Shown: positions 1 to 10,025 of the stretch, one piece after another
Layout: each line of letters opens with the position of its first letter
Position numbering within the stretch: position 1 is the first letter of the stretch
Sequence record: NC_005066.1
Length of the DNA: 64,000 nt
Origin: Escherichia phage RB49
Reading direction: 5' to 3' (one strand)
Made by a program: the position numbers and the translations under genes
Notes under the pieces: model-generated
The model's input: the letters and a program-made list of their open reading frames with translations, nothing else
Databases searched by the model: none
What the model was told of the DNA's origin: nothing

Positions 1-204
1 TTTATAGCTACCCGCATTTTCACTTGTTGCGTCTGCTACAGTTAGCGTAGCTGTGTTATTTTCATGTGGTTGGTCGTCTTTTGTCCATGTATATGTCAAA
101 TTGCTGGGTAATGGTTCGTCACCCGCTACAGTCGCTGTTAAGGTGAAACCATCTCCAGCAAGAAAACATCTTTTGTTAGATTGTATTGATACTGTGAAAG
201 CCAT
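1..204 (-). CDS. hoc: Hoc-like head outer capsid protein, N-terminal Ig-like domain (partial; ATG ~202-204, continues past window start)
   Basis: Minus-strand translation from 204: MAFTVSIQSNKRCFLAGDGFTLTATVAGDEPLPSNLTYTWTKDD... resembles T4 Hoc N-terminus (MTFTVDIT...); Ig-like motifs; position next to uvsW. Confidence 0.5.
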   Translation of the reverse strand, partial: MAFTVSIQSNKRCFLAGDGFTLTATVAGDEPLPSNLTYTWTKDDQPHENNTATLTVADATSENAGSYK

Positions 205-373
205 ATAAAGCCACTCCCATCGAAAATCCGAATTTAATTAATTGAAATAGTTGATTGTCATCAACCAGATAACCATTGCGAGATTCCAATACATGAGTAT
301 TAGAATAGTGATGCAACGAGGCCGAAATAGTATCGATCTCGTCTGGGTATTTGTTCTGTTTGATGTAATACAT
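176..373 (-). CDS. small protein (65 aa) with ESRNGY motif resembling the end of the T4 Hoc capsid-binding domain
   Basis: Track ORF, ATG start; motif KYPDEID...ESRNGY recalled from T4 Hoc C-terminus; weak RBS; may be a gene fragment. Confidence 0.35.
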   Translation of the reverse strand: MYYIKQNKYPDEIDTISASLHHYSNTHVLESRNGYLVDDNQLFQLIKFGFSMGVALYGFHSINTI

Positions 374-468
374 TGATTTTGTTAGACATGTAGTATCCTC
401 TTTTTAATTGCATAACGGAACTACAATTAAAATTATAACAAATATTTCACAACTTTTATCACCCAAAA

Positions 469-1197
469 TTACTTGAGTGTGTGGAATTGGCTATGTTTAG
501 TCTCTCGCACCTTGACAGACCCATCGCGTTTGATATAATAGATCAGTGACTTGAGGGTGTCGTGTACATACGCGTGCGGGAAACGCTCTGGATACTTCTT
601 CCAATCTGGAGTATTAACGATCCAGTCGAAAATCCACCACGGGCAGGAGTAGTAACCACGACCGCCACCGATCAAGCAAATGGTCGGACGGAAGCCAGTA
701 AGATCGCAAAATGAATCAGTGTCATGTGCTGGGGAACGATGTTCTGCTTCGTCAGAGAAAATGTTGGCTACCGGAGATTCCACTTTAACTTCCGGTACAT
801 CTACAACTTCAATTGTAACTGGTACTGTGTGTGGTTTGGCTTCTTCTACAACTTCAATTGTAATTGGTTCTTCTTTTTGTTCTGGTTCTTTCATTGCTTC
901 AACCAGAGACGGATCAACTTCGTCGAATACCACTTTATCATCTACGGTGTCTGCTGCCAGAATAAGATCGTTAATACTGGTTCCTTCTGCCGGAGTTTCT
1001 TCTTCCATTTCGGAAGCCAGTTTAGTTAATTCGGTTTCTACGAACTCGATCATGTTCTCTAGTGATAAAGTCTTTTTGACCTTAATATCAAATTGTTTTG
1101 CGTAGTCAGCTAATTCTGTTTTAGCTGTTTTCTGTGCTTCTTTGTCGTCGGACGCCGCAATAGCGCGGAGTTCTTCGAAATATTCTTTATCAAACAT
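469..1197 (-). CDS. acidic protein (242 aa) in the T4 inh position; C-terminus carries W/Y-rich motif (YYSCPWWIFDW) resembling Hoc capsid-binding domain
   Basis: Track ORF, ATG with AGGAGA RBS; synteny (hoc-inh-uvsW in T4); C-terminal motif similarity from memory only. Confidence 0.5.
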   Translation of the reverse strand: MFDKEYFEELRAIAASDDKEAQKTAKTELADYAKQFDIKVKKTLSLENMIEFVETELTKLASEMEEETPAEGTSINDLILAADTVDDKVVFDEVDPSLVEAMKEPEQKEEPITIEVVEEAKPHTVPVTIEVVDVPEVKVESPVANIFSDEAEHRSPAHDTDSFCDLTGFRPTICLIGGGRGYYSCPWWIFDWIVNTPDWKKYPERFPHAYVHDTLKSLIYYIKRDGSVKVRETKHSQFHTLK

Positions 1198-1223
1198 GTT
1201 ATTCTCCTGAATGGGGGTGTTTG

Positions 1224-1231
1224 TATAAATA
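1224..1231 (+). promoter_or_regulatory. T4-type late promoter TATAAATA upstream of uvsW
   Basis: Exact TATAAATA ~40 nt upstream of uvsW ATG. Confidence 0.55.
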
Positions 1232-1267
1232 TTTGTATACTGTATTTATTGAGTGAGGCTATTCGCT

Positions 1268-2770
1268 ATGCAAGATATTAAAATTCACTTTCTGAACTAC
1301 TCCCATGTTCAAATTGAATGTAGCGATTCAATTTTATTAGAAATGCGAGATTATTTTAGTTTTGAAGTCGAGGGAGCGCGGTTTCAAAAAAGATTTAAGT
1401 ATGGTGGATGGGATGGGCGTATTCGTCTTTTAGATTACAACGGAAAGCTGCCAATCGGCCTAACTAAAACCGTGGGAATCTTCGCTAAAAATATGGGCTA
1501 TAGCGTATGGGTAGATCCTCGCTTATTCGAAAAAGAACAAGTTACAGAAGAAGAAATTACAAAATGGTGTAATGACTTAGAATTATATTCCGGTGCTAAC
1601 AGGATCACCCCGCACTGGTATCAATCAAAGGCTGTCTTTGAAGGTATTCATCATAAACGCCGTATGTTAGTTTTGCCTACGTCCGCTGGTAAATCTGCGA
1701 TTGCTTGTATGTTGTCTCGTTGGTACTTAGAGAACTACGAAGGGAAAGTGCTGATCATCGTTCCTACCACGTCGCTAGTGCTGCAAATGCGTGATGATTT
1801 TGTTGATTATCGCCAGTTTCCGTATGAAGCAATTCATACTATCATGAGCGGTACTAGTAAACACGTAGGTGATCGCCTGATCGTTGTTAGTACGTGGCAA
1901 TCAGCATGTAAACAGCCGAGTGAATGGTTCCAGCAATTTGGGATGGTTATTGTTGATGAATGTCACAAGGCCACTGCTAAAAACCTGCTAAACATCGTTA
2001 CTGATATGGATCATTGCCAGTTTAAGATCGGTATGACTGGTTCCCCTCGTGACGGGAAAGCTAACATGATGCAGTATGTCGGTCTTTTCGGTGATATTTC
2101 TAAGATCGTGAGTATTGACCGCCTGATGGAAGAAGGTCAAGTGACGAAACTGAAAATCAACTGTCTTTTCCTTCGTTATACCGATGAGGAATGTAGCGCG
2201 GTTAAGGGTAGAGAATATGCGGAAGAGATCAAGTATATTACGTCTAACCCACGACGTAATAAGTTTGCTTGTAATTTGGCGCTAAAACTCGCTAAGAAGG
2301 GCGAAAACGTATTCCTGATGTTCCGCAATACTAAGCACGGAAAACTTATGTATGATGCGTTACAGAAGGTACACGACAAGGTTTATTATATTGACGGTGG
2401 AGTTAAGACAGAAGAACGTGATGAATTTAAGAAATTAGCGGAAGGGGAAACAGGGATCATTTGCGTTGCATCCTATGGTGTGTTCTCTACTGGTGTTTCA
2501 ATTAAGAACTTGCACCATGTTATTTTCGGTCATCCAGTGAAGGAATCAACTATCGTTCGTCAGAGTATCGGTCGTGCATTGCGTAAACATGGTTCTAAGG
2601 ATATTGCAACGGTCTGGGATCTTATAGATCATCTGGCGGTGAAGACAAAGAGCAAGAATGCTAAGAAACAGTTTAGCCACCTTAATTATGCTCTTAAACA
2701 TGCCCTTGAAAGAATAAAAATTTACAACACCGATCGATTCGAATATGTCACGAAAACCATCGAGATTTAA
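1268..2770 (+). CDS. uvsW: UvsW DNA/RNA helicase (SF2)
   Basis: Strong similarity to T4 UvsW N-terminus (MDIKVHF...); Walker A LPTSAGKS, DEAH-like VDECH; track ORF begins at upstream GTG, ATG at 1268 has GAGG RBS. Confidence 0.95.
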   Translation: MQDIKIHFLNYSHVQIECSDSILLEMRDYFSFEVEGARFQKRFKYGGWDGRIRLLDYNGKLPIGLTKTVGIFAKNMGYSVWVDPRLFEKEQVTEEEITKWCNDLELYSGANRITPHWYQSKAVFEGIHHKRRMLVLPTSAGKSAIACMLSRWYLENYEGKVLIIVPTTSLVLQMRDDFVDYRQFPYEAIHTIMSGTSKHVGDRLIVVSTWQSACKQPSEWFQQFGMVIVDECHKATAKNLLNIVTDMDHCQFKIGMTGSPRDGKANMMQYVGLFGDISKIVSIDRLMEEGQVTKLKINCLFLRYTDEECSAVKGREYAEEIKYITSNPRRNKFACNLALKLAKKGENVFLMFRNTKHGKLMYDALQKVHDKVYYIDGGVKTEERDEFKKLAEGETGIICVASYGVFSTGVSIKNLHHVIFGHPVKESTIVRQSIGRALRKHGSKDIATVWDLIDHLAVKTKSKNAKKQFSHLNYALKHALERIKIYNTDRFEYVTKTIEI

Positions 2771-2775
2771 TAAAT

Positions 2776-2800
2776 AGGGGCTTTAATGCCCCTTTATTCT
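2776..2800 (+). terminator. intrinsic terminator after uvsW
   Basis: Hairpin AGGGGC-tttaat-GCCCCT followed by T-rich run. Confidence 0.6.
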
Positions 2801-2813
2801 ACGGAGATTAAAA

Positions 2814-3050
2814 ATGATTAGCTTTAAACGTTTTTTGGTTGAGGCCGCTATTGACGGTTTCATGAGTAAGATTTATTCTTGTAATACTATCGAGGGATTA
2901 AATGAACTTGAGGCATATTATGAGAAGCGCAAGAAAGAAACAGAATTGAAACCTGCTGATGATATTTCGATCCGTGATGCCATCGCTGGACGCCGTAAGC
3001 AATTGGAAGCGGACAACGAGCCAGAAGAGGAGCCGGAAGAGGATTTTTAA
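2814..3050 (+). CDS. uvsW.1: UvsW.1-like small acidic protein
   Basis: Track ORF 78 aa directly downstream of uvsW, as in T4. Confidence 0.6.
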   Translation: MISFKRFLVEAAIDGFMSKIYSCNTIEGLNELEAYYEKRKKETELKPADDISIRDAIAGRRKQLEADNEPEEEPEEDF

Positions 3051-3055
3051 GATAT

Positions 3056-3082
3056 AAAAAAGCCCCATCATTGATGGGGCAA
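3056..3082 (-). terminator. intrinsic terminator for minus-strand 26-25-uvsY transcripts
   Basis: Hairpin GCCCCATC/GATGGGGC followed by T6 on minus strand. Confidence 0.65.
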
Positions 3083-3113
3083 AATAAACCAATTAAAATC
3101 GGTTATCAACAAA

Positions 3114-3290
3114 TTACATTAACAGCATTGTTTGCTCTACGAGTTGTTCTTGTTCTTCGCCGTTCGCATCTTCACTAATCGAACGTTCTGTTACTAGCTG
3201 TAAGCAGTAGCCAGTATGAACAACGCCGTTTTCTGTCTGGACGGATAACGCATCCTCGACAGGTTGTTTACAACAAATACAGATTTTCAT
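3114..3290 (-). CDS. small Cys-containing protein (58 aa) in uvsY.-1 position
   Basis: Hand-found ORF below track cutoff: MKICICCKQPVEDALSVQTENGVVHTGYC...; AGGAGG RBS 6 nt upstream of ATG. Confidence 0.55.
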   Translation of the reverse strand: MKICICCKQPVEDALSVQTENGVVHTGYCLQLVTERSISEDANGEEQEQLVEQTMLLM

Positions 3291-3311
3291 AAAAATTCCT
3301 CCTGCATGTAT

Positions 3312-3719
3312 TTAGCGACCAGATTCCAGCATACGCAATTCTATAGCATTCTTGATCGCAAAGCCACGAGATTTAACGATATCAAGTGCGCGACCAGCAA
3401 AATCCATTACCATCTGGTAATATGCAATTTTCGTATCAAGCGGTAAGATCTCGTCGTCTGCTGCCATGACAACTTTCAATTCTGATTTCTCATATTCAGC
3501 ACGACACCAGTCATCACTACGGTTAGTGTAAAAGTCAAGACGATTTTTCATAGCCTTTTTCTTTTTAGCCTCAAGAGCAATCGTCTCTCTTTTCGCCTCG
3601 CTGTAAATCCTTAACCACTTTGAGTATACTACCGGATTATTCAGCGCCTCCCATTGCAACTTAGTCGCATCGATCTTCATGTCAGCTTCTAATTGTTCTT
3701 TCAAATCGTTTAGGTCCAT
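3312..3719 (-). CDS. uvsY: UvsY recombination mediator
   Basis: Similarity to T4 UvsY (KSRGFAIK motif, size 135 aa), synteny. Confidence 0.9.
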   Translation of the reverse strand: MDLNDLKEQLEADMKIDATKLQWEALNNPVVYSKWLRIYSEAKRETIALEAKKKKAMKNRLDFYTNRSDDWCRAEYEKSELKVVMAADDEILPLDTKIAYYQMVMDFAGRALDIVKSRGFAIKNAIELRMLESGR

Positions 3720-3766
3720 AATATCCCCTTATTCACACTAAGACCTATATCATATCACACACAAAA

Positions 3767-4153
3767 TCACTTTGCAAGTCTTATGCGTAGTTGTTCAAGA
3801 TCATCTGGGTTGTCTATTACTGAAAAGTAGATTGATACTATGATTGAGTTATCGTCGTACTGCGGAGTTACTTCTACTGTCAGGTTTCGGACCCGTGGTT
3901 CATAGTTTCGGATCGCCTCATTGATGTTTTTTGATAAGGTATCCACCGTCAGTGGGTTCATGTTCTCAAACAAAGATTTATTGAGATCGCATCCAAACAG
4001 TGGATCAAATGGACGAGATCCCTTGCGAGTAGTCACGATCAGTAGAATAGAATCCTTAACCGCTTTAATCCCTATGTTCTTTTTAACGTCGTTATTCCAC
4101 GATCTGGATATATTGAGATCCAAATCAGTATACATCTGATTAATAGTTGCCAT
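3767..4153 (-). CDS. 25: gp25 baseplate wedge subunit
   Basis: Strong match to T4 gp25 (TTRKGSRPFDPLFGCDL, RNYEPR, FSVIDNPDD); start moved to ATG with GAGG RBS. Confidence 0.92.
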   Translation of the reverse strand: MATINQMYTDLDLNISRSWNNDVKKNIGIKAVKDSILLIVTTRKGSRPFDPLFGCDLNKSLFENMNPLTVDTLSKNINEAIRNYEPRVRNLTVEVTPQYDDNSIIVSIYFSVIDNPDDLEQLRIRLAK

Positions 4154-4161
4154 GTTATACC

Positions 4162-4791
4162 TCAAAGAATTTTAAGGAAACTGGATAGACCTGATAATGA
4201 ATATACACCAGATTCCCCGCATTCGCACTTGATCGGTACTGCCAGCGTGATTTGATTTCTTGTTAGCTCGTCGATCACTTCTTCCACTTTATCCGTGGTA
4301 AGCATATCCAGCACGCGGTCAAAGTCCTGTGCGTTCAGGTCGTCTATATTGAATTGCTGATCGCCGATCACGATATATTCGATACATGCAATTACCATCT
4401 GCATAATATCAACATCTTCTGTAAACTTAGGTTGACGAAACTTGATTTTTACTTGTCCTAAGTCCAGAATATACGGTTCAACTTCTGGTATCTGTGTGCG
4501 TGAAACATCAAGAGAGTATACTTTCTCTTTATTGCATACACCACACACCCAAGTAGCATCAAATTTCATCTTATTGAGGCTGTGACACCATAAGAGAAGA
4601 AAAATATATTCTGCTTCGCATTTCTCTAGCTCTAATGCATTGATCCCCGTACATTCATGTATGATCTCTATAACAACCTCTGACAGCTTGCCAGTCTCTT
4701 TTGCTGCTACCAGTTTTTGAAATTCGCCGAAGGTGAAAGCACGGGCGTGTATCAACTTTTCGCCTAATTGGATCTTGAAAAAGTATTGCAT
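4162..4791 (-). CDS. 26: gp26 baseplate hub subunit
   Basis: Size (209 aa vs 208 in T4) and position between 25 and 51. Confidence 0.65.
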   Translation of the reverse strand: MQYFFKIQLGEKLIHARAFTFGEFQKLVAAKETGKLSEVVIEIIHECTGINALELEKCEAEYIFLLLWCHSLNKMKFDATWVCGVCNKEKVYSLDVSRTQIPEVEPYILDLGQVKIKFRQPKFTEDVDIMQMVIACIEYIVIGDQQFNIDDLNAQDFDRVLDMLTTDKVEEVIDELTRNQITLAVPIKCECGESGVYSLSGLSSFLKIL

Positions 4792-4833
4792 AATAAAACA
4801 CCCTTTATAAACACATAGAATTATTTAGTATTT

Positions 4834-4841
4834 TATAAATA
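4834..4841 (+). promoter_or_regulatory. T4-type late promoter TATAAATA upstream of gene 51
   Basis: Exact TATAAATA ~20 nt upstream of ATG. Confidence 0.6.
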
Positions 4842-4861
4842 CCCGAAAGGGGGATTATACC

Positions 4862-5632
4862 ATGAATATTATCCGAATAAAACTACCGGAAGGTGTGCAG
4901 AGATTTAAACCGTTCACGGTAAAAGATTATAGAGATTTCCTTCTGGTGTCAACTGAAATTAAGATGAATCCAGAAGAAGAACAAACGATTCTTGATGAGC
5001 TATTAGAAGAAATATATCCAGACGTAGACCCGGCATTTCGTGAATATATTTTCCTGAATGTCTTTACTAGTTCAATTGGTAAAACTAAGATACCGCTTTG
5101 TTTTACTTGCCCGACTTGCAACAAAGAAAGAAAAATGTTGCTTAACTTACAGGTTGAAGCACTAAAACCAATCGTTCTAGAGGCCGCAGGGCTTAAAATA
5201 ACTTTCCGGTATGTTAAACCATCAACCGACTATGCAAAAACGTTTCTGGATGCGATAGAGCGTGTATCTGATGGTATTAATGATTATCTATGGACTGAAT
5301 TACCGGAAGAAGTTAGAGAACAGGTTATAGATTCAATCTCATTTGCTGAATTTGAAGAAGTTGTTAAGCAGATGCACACAATCAAGATCGAACAAAAGAT
5401 ATCTTGTTGTGAAAGTCATGACCTGAAATACATAGGTCTTCTTCCATTGTTCAAATTGTTGTTGAATCCAGATGAGTTATTCATCTTTTATCGAATAAAC
5501 CATCTATTGGCAAAATCAAATTATTCTATCAGTGATCTTATGGATATGTTACCGATTGAGAGAAACATTGCACTGACACTGGTCGAGAAAGACGTAAAAG
5601 AGGCAAATAATGCAAAGAACGGGGTTTCCTAA
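4862..5632 (+). CDS. 51: gp51 baseplate hub assembly protein
   Basis: Size and synteny (26/51 divergent, followed by 27). Confidence 0.65.
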   Translation: MNIIRIKLPEGVQRFKPFTVKDYRDFLLVSTEIKMNPEEEQTILDELLEEIYPDVDPAFREYIFLNVFTSSIGKTKIPLCFTCPTCNKERKMLLNLQVEALKPIVLEAAGLKITFRYVKPSTDYAKTFLDAIERVSDGINDYLWTELPEEVREQVIDSISFAEFEEVVKQMHTIKIEQKISCCESHDLKYIGLLPLFKLLLNPDELFIFYRINHLLAKSNYSISDLMDMLPIERNIALTLVEKDVKEANNAKNGVS

Positions 5633-6719
5633 TGTCTCAATAAAACTTTATCAGGATTATGAGGCATTTCTAAATCATCGCTTTATAGAGTTGGGTGCTA
5701 CCTTTGTTACAATGACTCTGCGTGATTCGATTCGTGGGGTGAACGAAGGATTGTTGCAATTCTATGATAATAAGGTGATGCATACAAAATTAAACGGGAG
5801 AGAGATCATTCAGATTTCGCTATCCACTGCTAATACAGATGAAGTGTTTAACCGAATCTATGGGATCTCTCATAGTAATGTAACAATTGACCAAAAATCC
5901 GACAATATTTTAACATTCCAGTTAAAGAGCTATCACGAAACATTAAACCTTAAATTTTCTCGCTCATTGACAAATAACGCGGTTAATAACGTAACTAGCA
6001 TGATTGATGCCATCTATAAGGAAGTTCCTTTATGGAAACCTACTATAAAGGGTGATAACGTTGTTATTCCTCGTTGTCCGTGGGTTAGTACCATAAATGA
6101 CTATATGGATTTTGTGAGGGCATACGGGCAAAGCGTAGAAACAGAGTCTTTCGTGTATTGCTGGGAAGATTTTGATGGTATAACGATCGCTGGACACGAT
6201 ACAATATTAAAAAATGAGCCAATACCAGCTATAATCTGTGAGCCTAGACTCATGGGGCAGTTTATTGATATGTCGCCTAATCTGATGGTTTTTAATTTCG
6301 AGTGGCAGACTAAGAGTAATGCTAAAGTTAAAAATTCATTTAGCAATGTGACATACACAACTATTGATTTTGTTACTAAGCAGTATAATAAAATTGTTGT
6401 TGGTAATGGGGATAATATTGCACACTTTGCTCATGGTGGCGCTTATGGTAATTTAACTTATAAGAATGCGTTTTTGGAAGGTTCTAAACTTGCCACAATA
6501 GAACAATATGATTCATATGCTACCGCCGTGTGTCACGGTAATTTTTCGTTGCGCCCCGGTATGGTTATTCGATTCTTTGATGAGAAACAACAAGCACGCA
6601 ATGATTTTATTGTTGACGAAGTTGTGCATGAAATTAGCCGAGAGCAATCATTAACTCACCTGTATATGATCGGTAACAGCGAAGAATTACAGGAAGTCAA
6701 ATTTGAAGGTAAGATATAA
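5610..6719 (+). CDS. 27: gp27 baseplate hub subunit
   Basis: N-terminus matches T4 gp27 (GFPNVSIKLY..., TMTLRDS, NEGLLQFYD). Confidence 0.9.
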   Translation: MQRTGFPNVSIKLYQDYEAFLNHRFIELGATFVTMTLRDSIRGVNEGLLQFYDNKVMHTKLNGREIIQISLSTANTDEVFNRIYGISHSNVTIDQKSDNILTFQLKSYHETLNLKFSRSLTNNAVNNVTSMIDAIYKEVPLWKPTIKGDNVVIPRCPWVSTINDYMDFVRAYGQSVETESFVYCWEDFDGITIAGHDTILKNEPIPAIICEPRLMGQFIDMSPNLMVFNFEWQTKSNAKVKNSFSNVTYTTIDFVTKQYNKIVVGNGDNIAHFAHGGAYGNLTYKNAFLEGSKLATIEQYDSYATAVCHGNFSLRPGMVIRFFDEKQQARNDFIVDEVVHEISREQSLTHLYMIGNSEELQEVKFEGKI

Positions 6720-7237
6720 TGACAGAAACTAAACCTATGTTAAAATTTGTTGTTCCTGTAAAAAAATTAGAGATAAACGGGAAACATATTAAGATCCCAA
6801 AAATGGGGATTAAGCAACATCGATTATTAAAAGATGTTCGTAGCTGTGATGAAACATTAAAGATTCTTCTTGATTCAATCTGTCCTGGGTTAAACGCTGC
6901 CGAGTCTGAATTGGTTATGCTTAACCTTTGTGCGTTTAATGGTAAGTGTCTGGAAGAAAAAGATGGTCTTAAGCTGTCTGATGTGTATATTTGTACAGAG
7001 ACCGAATTTACTTTAAATGGTAAAGTCTTTAAATTTAAAAATCCAATGTATACTTCTGACCCCATTATCGATGACGCTGATTTCTTGAGTCATCATTATC
7101 ACGATCCTAGCGTAGACTTCCATGATTTCCCAGCTTTTATTATGGATTGGGCTACAGGATTAAGAAAAACTATTGCACTGGATACACCGGAAGGTACTAT
7201 CTATGGTGGAATTAACATATTGGATCGCCTATCATGA
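6719..7237 (+). CDS. 28: gp28 baseplate hub distal subunit
   Basis: Size (172 aa) and synteny; coupled start/stop overlaps. Confidence 0.65.
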   Translation: MTETKPMLKFVVPVKKLEINGKHIKIPKMGIKQHRLLKDVRSCDETLKILLDSICPGLNAAESELVMLNLCAFNGKCLEEKDGLKLSDVYICTETEFTLNGKVFKFKNPMYTSDPIIDDADFLSHHYHDPSVDFHDFPAFIMDWATGLRKTIALDTPEGTIYGGINILDRLS

Positions 7238-8967
7238 ATGACGCATTAACATCATTTCGCGGGATGCGCAAGGAAGCGGAAGAAAACCCGATTGATAAAC
7301 TTAACAAATTAGATAAACTTGATTCTATTGATAATTTGCAAGCCGCTACCGAATTGGTGGCAGAGACAGTAGAACAAAAATCTAATGAAGTTGTTGGTGC
7401 GGTAGAGGATAACACCGCAGCCAATGAATTGACGGCCGAGAATACCCAATCTACCGCTGGCAATACCCAAAAAACTTATGAAGAATTGCAAAAACTCAAT
7501 AATTTCTCTTCTCAGATGAATGAGAAATTACGTGGTTTTGGTGTTATGATGGAACGTAGATTTGGTGTTGTCAGTAAAATGGCTAGCGGTATTGGTGCGA
7601 TTGAAGAAGCACTGAAAAAACCGGAACAACCGCAAACAATGCCATCACCTCAGCCATTTTTGCCTACTGTACCGGAACAGCCTAATAATGACAACTATCA
7701 AGGTCTTCCAAAGAAAAAACCGGATGTTGATGACCGAAAGAAAAAGAACGCCACAGATAAGCGTAATGCTGATTCTATGGAAAATCTTCTTAAAGTTGTT
7801 CGTGGAGGATTTAAAGAAACCATAGGTATCTCTAATAAGGTCTTAGGGATGTTATTTAAGATCACTTTGACCGCTATGGCAGAAGCCGCAAAATGGGGTG
7901 CTATTTTGATGGGTATTGTTTTTGTCATTGATACCCTGATGGTTCATTTCAGATATTGGAGTGATTTATTCGAAACAAAATTCAAGGAATTTATGGATAA
8001 GGCCGGAGGATGGGCTGGTCCTATTAGCGATATTTTAACTACTGTTCGTCAGGTTCGAGATTATTGGTCTAAAGGAGAATATAAAGAATTAATTAAATCT
8101 CTGGTTATGGGTATTGGTGATGCGTTCTATAAAACCTTTATCCAACTTGATCGAATTATCACTACTGGTATTGCTAAAATTCTTCGCATGATCCCTGGTA
8201 TGGGTGATTATGCCGATAATTTAGAATACGGTGCTTTAAAGTCTGCTGTTGCTAAAGGCTATAAGCCAAATGAAAGAGAACTCGAATTAATGGATAAGGT
8301 CGAGTCTGAACACGAAGAAGACAAATATGGAGAGCGCACAGGATGGACAGGAAAAGCCCGTGATATTGGCGAGGCCATAGGCGAATCTATTAAAGATAAA
8401 TTTAATGAAGGTCTTGTTAGTCTGGGCTGGAGAGATCAAAAGGATGTTGACGCAGAGAAACGACAAGAAGAATTAAAACGCGGGGAATACAAGTCTGTTT
8501 CTGCTGAACAACGATCTGCTAGTCGTAAACTTAAAATTAAAAGCGAGGGAGCGATCAATAATATTAATGAAGTTATGGAGAATTTGAGCGGTGACTATGA
8601 CAAAGAAAGAATGGAAGAGTTGAAAAAGGATATTGATGTTTACCGTGAACAAGTTCAAGATCCTACATTAGTTGAAAGTGATCGTTCTCAGTTAGAGCGT
8701 CTTATTGAAAAATTTGATGAGATGTATGCTGATAAAACTAATGGTGTGGTTCCAACTAACCCTGTTCCTGCAACTGAAACGGAAACAGCAAAACAAGCGG
8801 AACGTACTGAACAAATGCAGAAACAAGCTGCAATCCAGCAACAAACGACAAATCAGACCTCAAACGTAAATAATACACAAATTGTAACAAACAATAGAAC
8901 TATTAAACAGGGTGCACCAACAACTAGAATTGATGCCCCTGGTACAATTAATATGGGGAACTTTTAA
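7234..8967 (+). CDS. 29: gp29 baseplate hub/tail-length determinator
   Basis: Size (577 aa vs 590) and synteny. Confidence 0.7.
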   Translation: MNDALTSFRGMRKEAEENPIDKLNKLDKLDSIDNLQAATELVAETVEQKSNEVVGAVEDNTAANELTAENTQSTAGNTQKTYEELQKLNNFSSQMNEKLRGFGVMMERRFGVVSKMASGIGAIEEALKKPEQPQTMPSPQPFLPTVPEQPNNDNYQGLPKKKPDVDDRKKKNATDKRNADSMENLLKVVRGGFKETIGISNKVLGMLFKITLTAMAEAAKWGAILMGIVFVIDTLMVHFRYWSDLFETKFKEFMDKAGGWAGPISDILTTVRQVRDYWSKGEYKELIKSLVMGIGDAFYKTFIQLDRIITTGIAKILRMIPGMGDYADNLEYGALKSAVAKGYKPNERELELMDKVESEHEEDKYGERTGWTGKARDIGEAIGESIKDKFNEGLVSLGWRDQKDVDAEKRQEELKRGEYKSVSAEQRSASRKLKIKSEGAINNINEVMENLSGDYDKERMEELKKDIDVYREQVQDPTLVESDRSQLERLIEKFDEMYADKTNGVVPTNPVPATETETAKQAERTEQMQKQAAIQQQTTNQTSNVNNTQIVTNNRTIKQGAPTTRIDAPGTINMGNF

Positions 8968-10025
8968 TGAAAATTAGTGTTATCAATGATGCCGTTGATA
9001 GCTTTAAAGCGGGGGTTAAAACCTCCGCTGGTTTTACCTCAAAAAATAAAGGGAAAACATTAACCGCTCAATTCCCCGCTGAACGTGCTAGCGGTAATGA
9101 TGCTAGCGGTTATTATATCAACGACTTATATAATAATGGTCTGTTATTCACTGCATACGATTATACATCTCGTACTACCGGATCGTTGCGTGATTTCAGG
9201 AAAAAGAAAAATGTTGCTAGCGGTTTTGGTGGTAGCGTTAATATCGCTGGTTTTGATTTAAATTTGGGTGGGAGAAATGCTGCATTTGACCGAGAGGCAA
9301 TTGCTAATATTCTTCTTCCTCGTAGTCAATCTGACGTTGACGCTGCCAGCCATAAGTTTAATGATGTTGGTGAATCTGTTATTTCTCGCGGCGGTGGTAC
9401 TTTAGGCGGTGCTCTTTCTAATATGGCATCTACTGCCGTTTTTGGTGGTATCGAAAGTATTACTGGTGGATACCTTGCCGATCACGGTGAACAGATTTAT
9501 AATACTGCGCGAAGCATGTATGCGGGTGCTGACGCACGAACGAAAAACTACGTATGGCATCTAACCCCACGTAGTATTGAAGACCTTCGCAATATTCTGA
9601 TCATATACGAAACGTTTTTAGAATTGTCTTATGGTTCTAGTGGTATTTCCAGCACCGCAAAAGAATTAAAAGCGGAAGTTGATGCGTGGTATAAAAATAC
9701 ACTATTGAGAAAATCCACTCCAGAGGAAGCGAAGAGAAATGATACTCTGTTTGAAGGGATCACCGATTTTCTATCAAACGTAATTACTGTATCTAACCCG
9801 ACAATATGGATGATCTCTAACTTCGGCAAGCGTACATCGTTTGAAGGGCGTAGCGATGCATTTGGTCCCGCTCAGATCTCAAGTGTACGTCTGGACAAGT
9901 CGCCTGATGGTAAGTTTAATGGCCTTGCTATTTCTCCTAACTTGCCGAGTACCTTTGTTCTGGAAGTAACATTTAGAGAGATCTTGACACTTTCCCGTGG
10001 TACTATATTTGGGAGTGCGGCATAA
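8967..10025 (+). CDS. 48: gp48 baseplate tail tube cap
   Basis: Size and synteny. Confidence 0.7.
   Translation: MKISVINDAVDSFKAGVKTSAGFTSKNKGKTLTAQFPAERASGNDASGYYINDLYNNGLLFTAYDYTSRTTGSLRDFRKKKNVASGFGGSVNIAGFDLNLGGRNAAFDREAIANILLPRSQSDVDAASHKFNDVGESVISRGGGTLGGALSNMASTAVFGGIESITGGYLADHGEQIYNTARSMYAGADARTKNYVWHLTPRSIEDLRNILIIYETFLELSYGSSGISSTAKELKAEVDAWYKNTLLRKSTPEEAKRNDTLFEGITDFLSNVITVSNPTIWMISNFGKRTSFEGRSDAFGPAQISSVRLDKSPDGKFNGLAISPNLPSTFVLEVTFREILTLSRGTIFGSAA

Noticed and set aside
680-1105. Plus-strand ORFs (141 and 101 aa) lying inside the minus-strand 242-aa gene
   Set aside because: Low-complexity S/T/V- or F/N/C-rich translations, antisense to an ORF with a proper ribosome-binding site and synteny; typical antisense artefacts.
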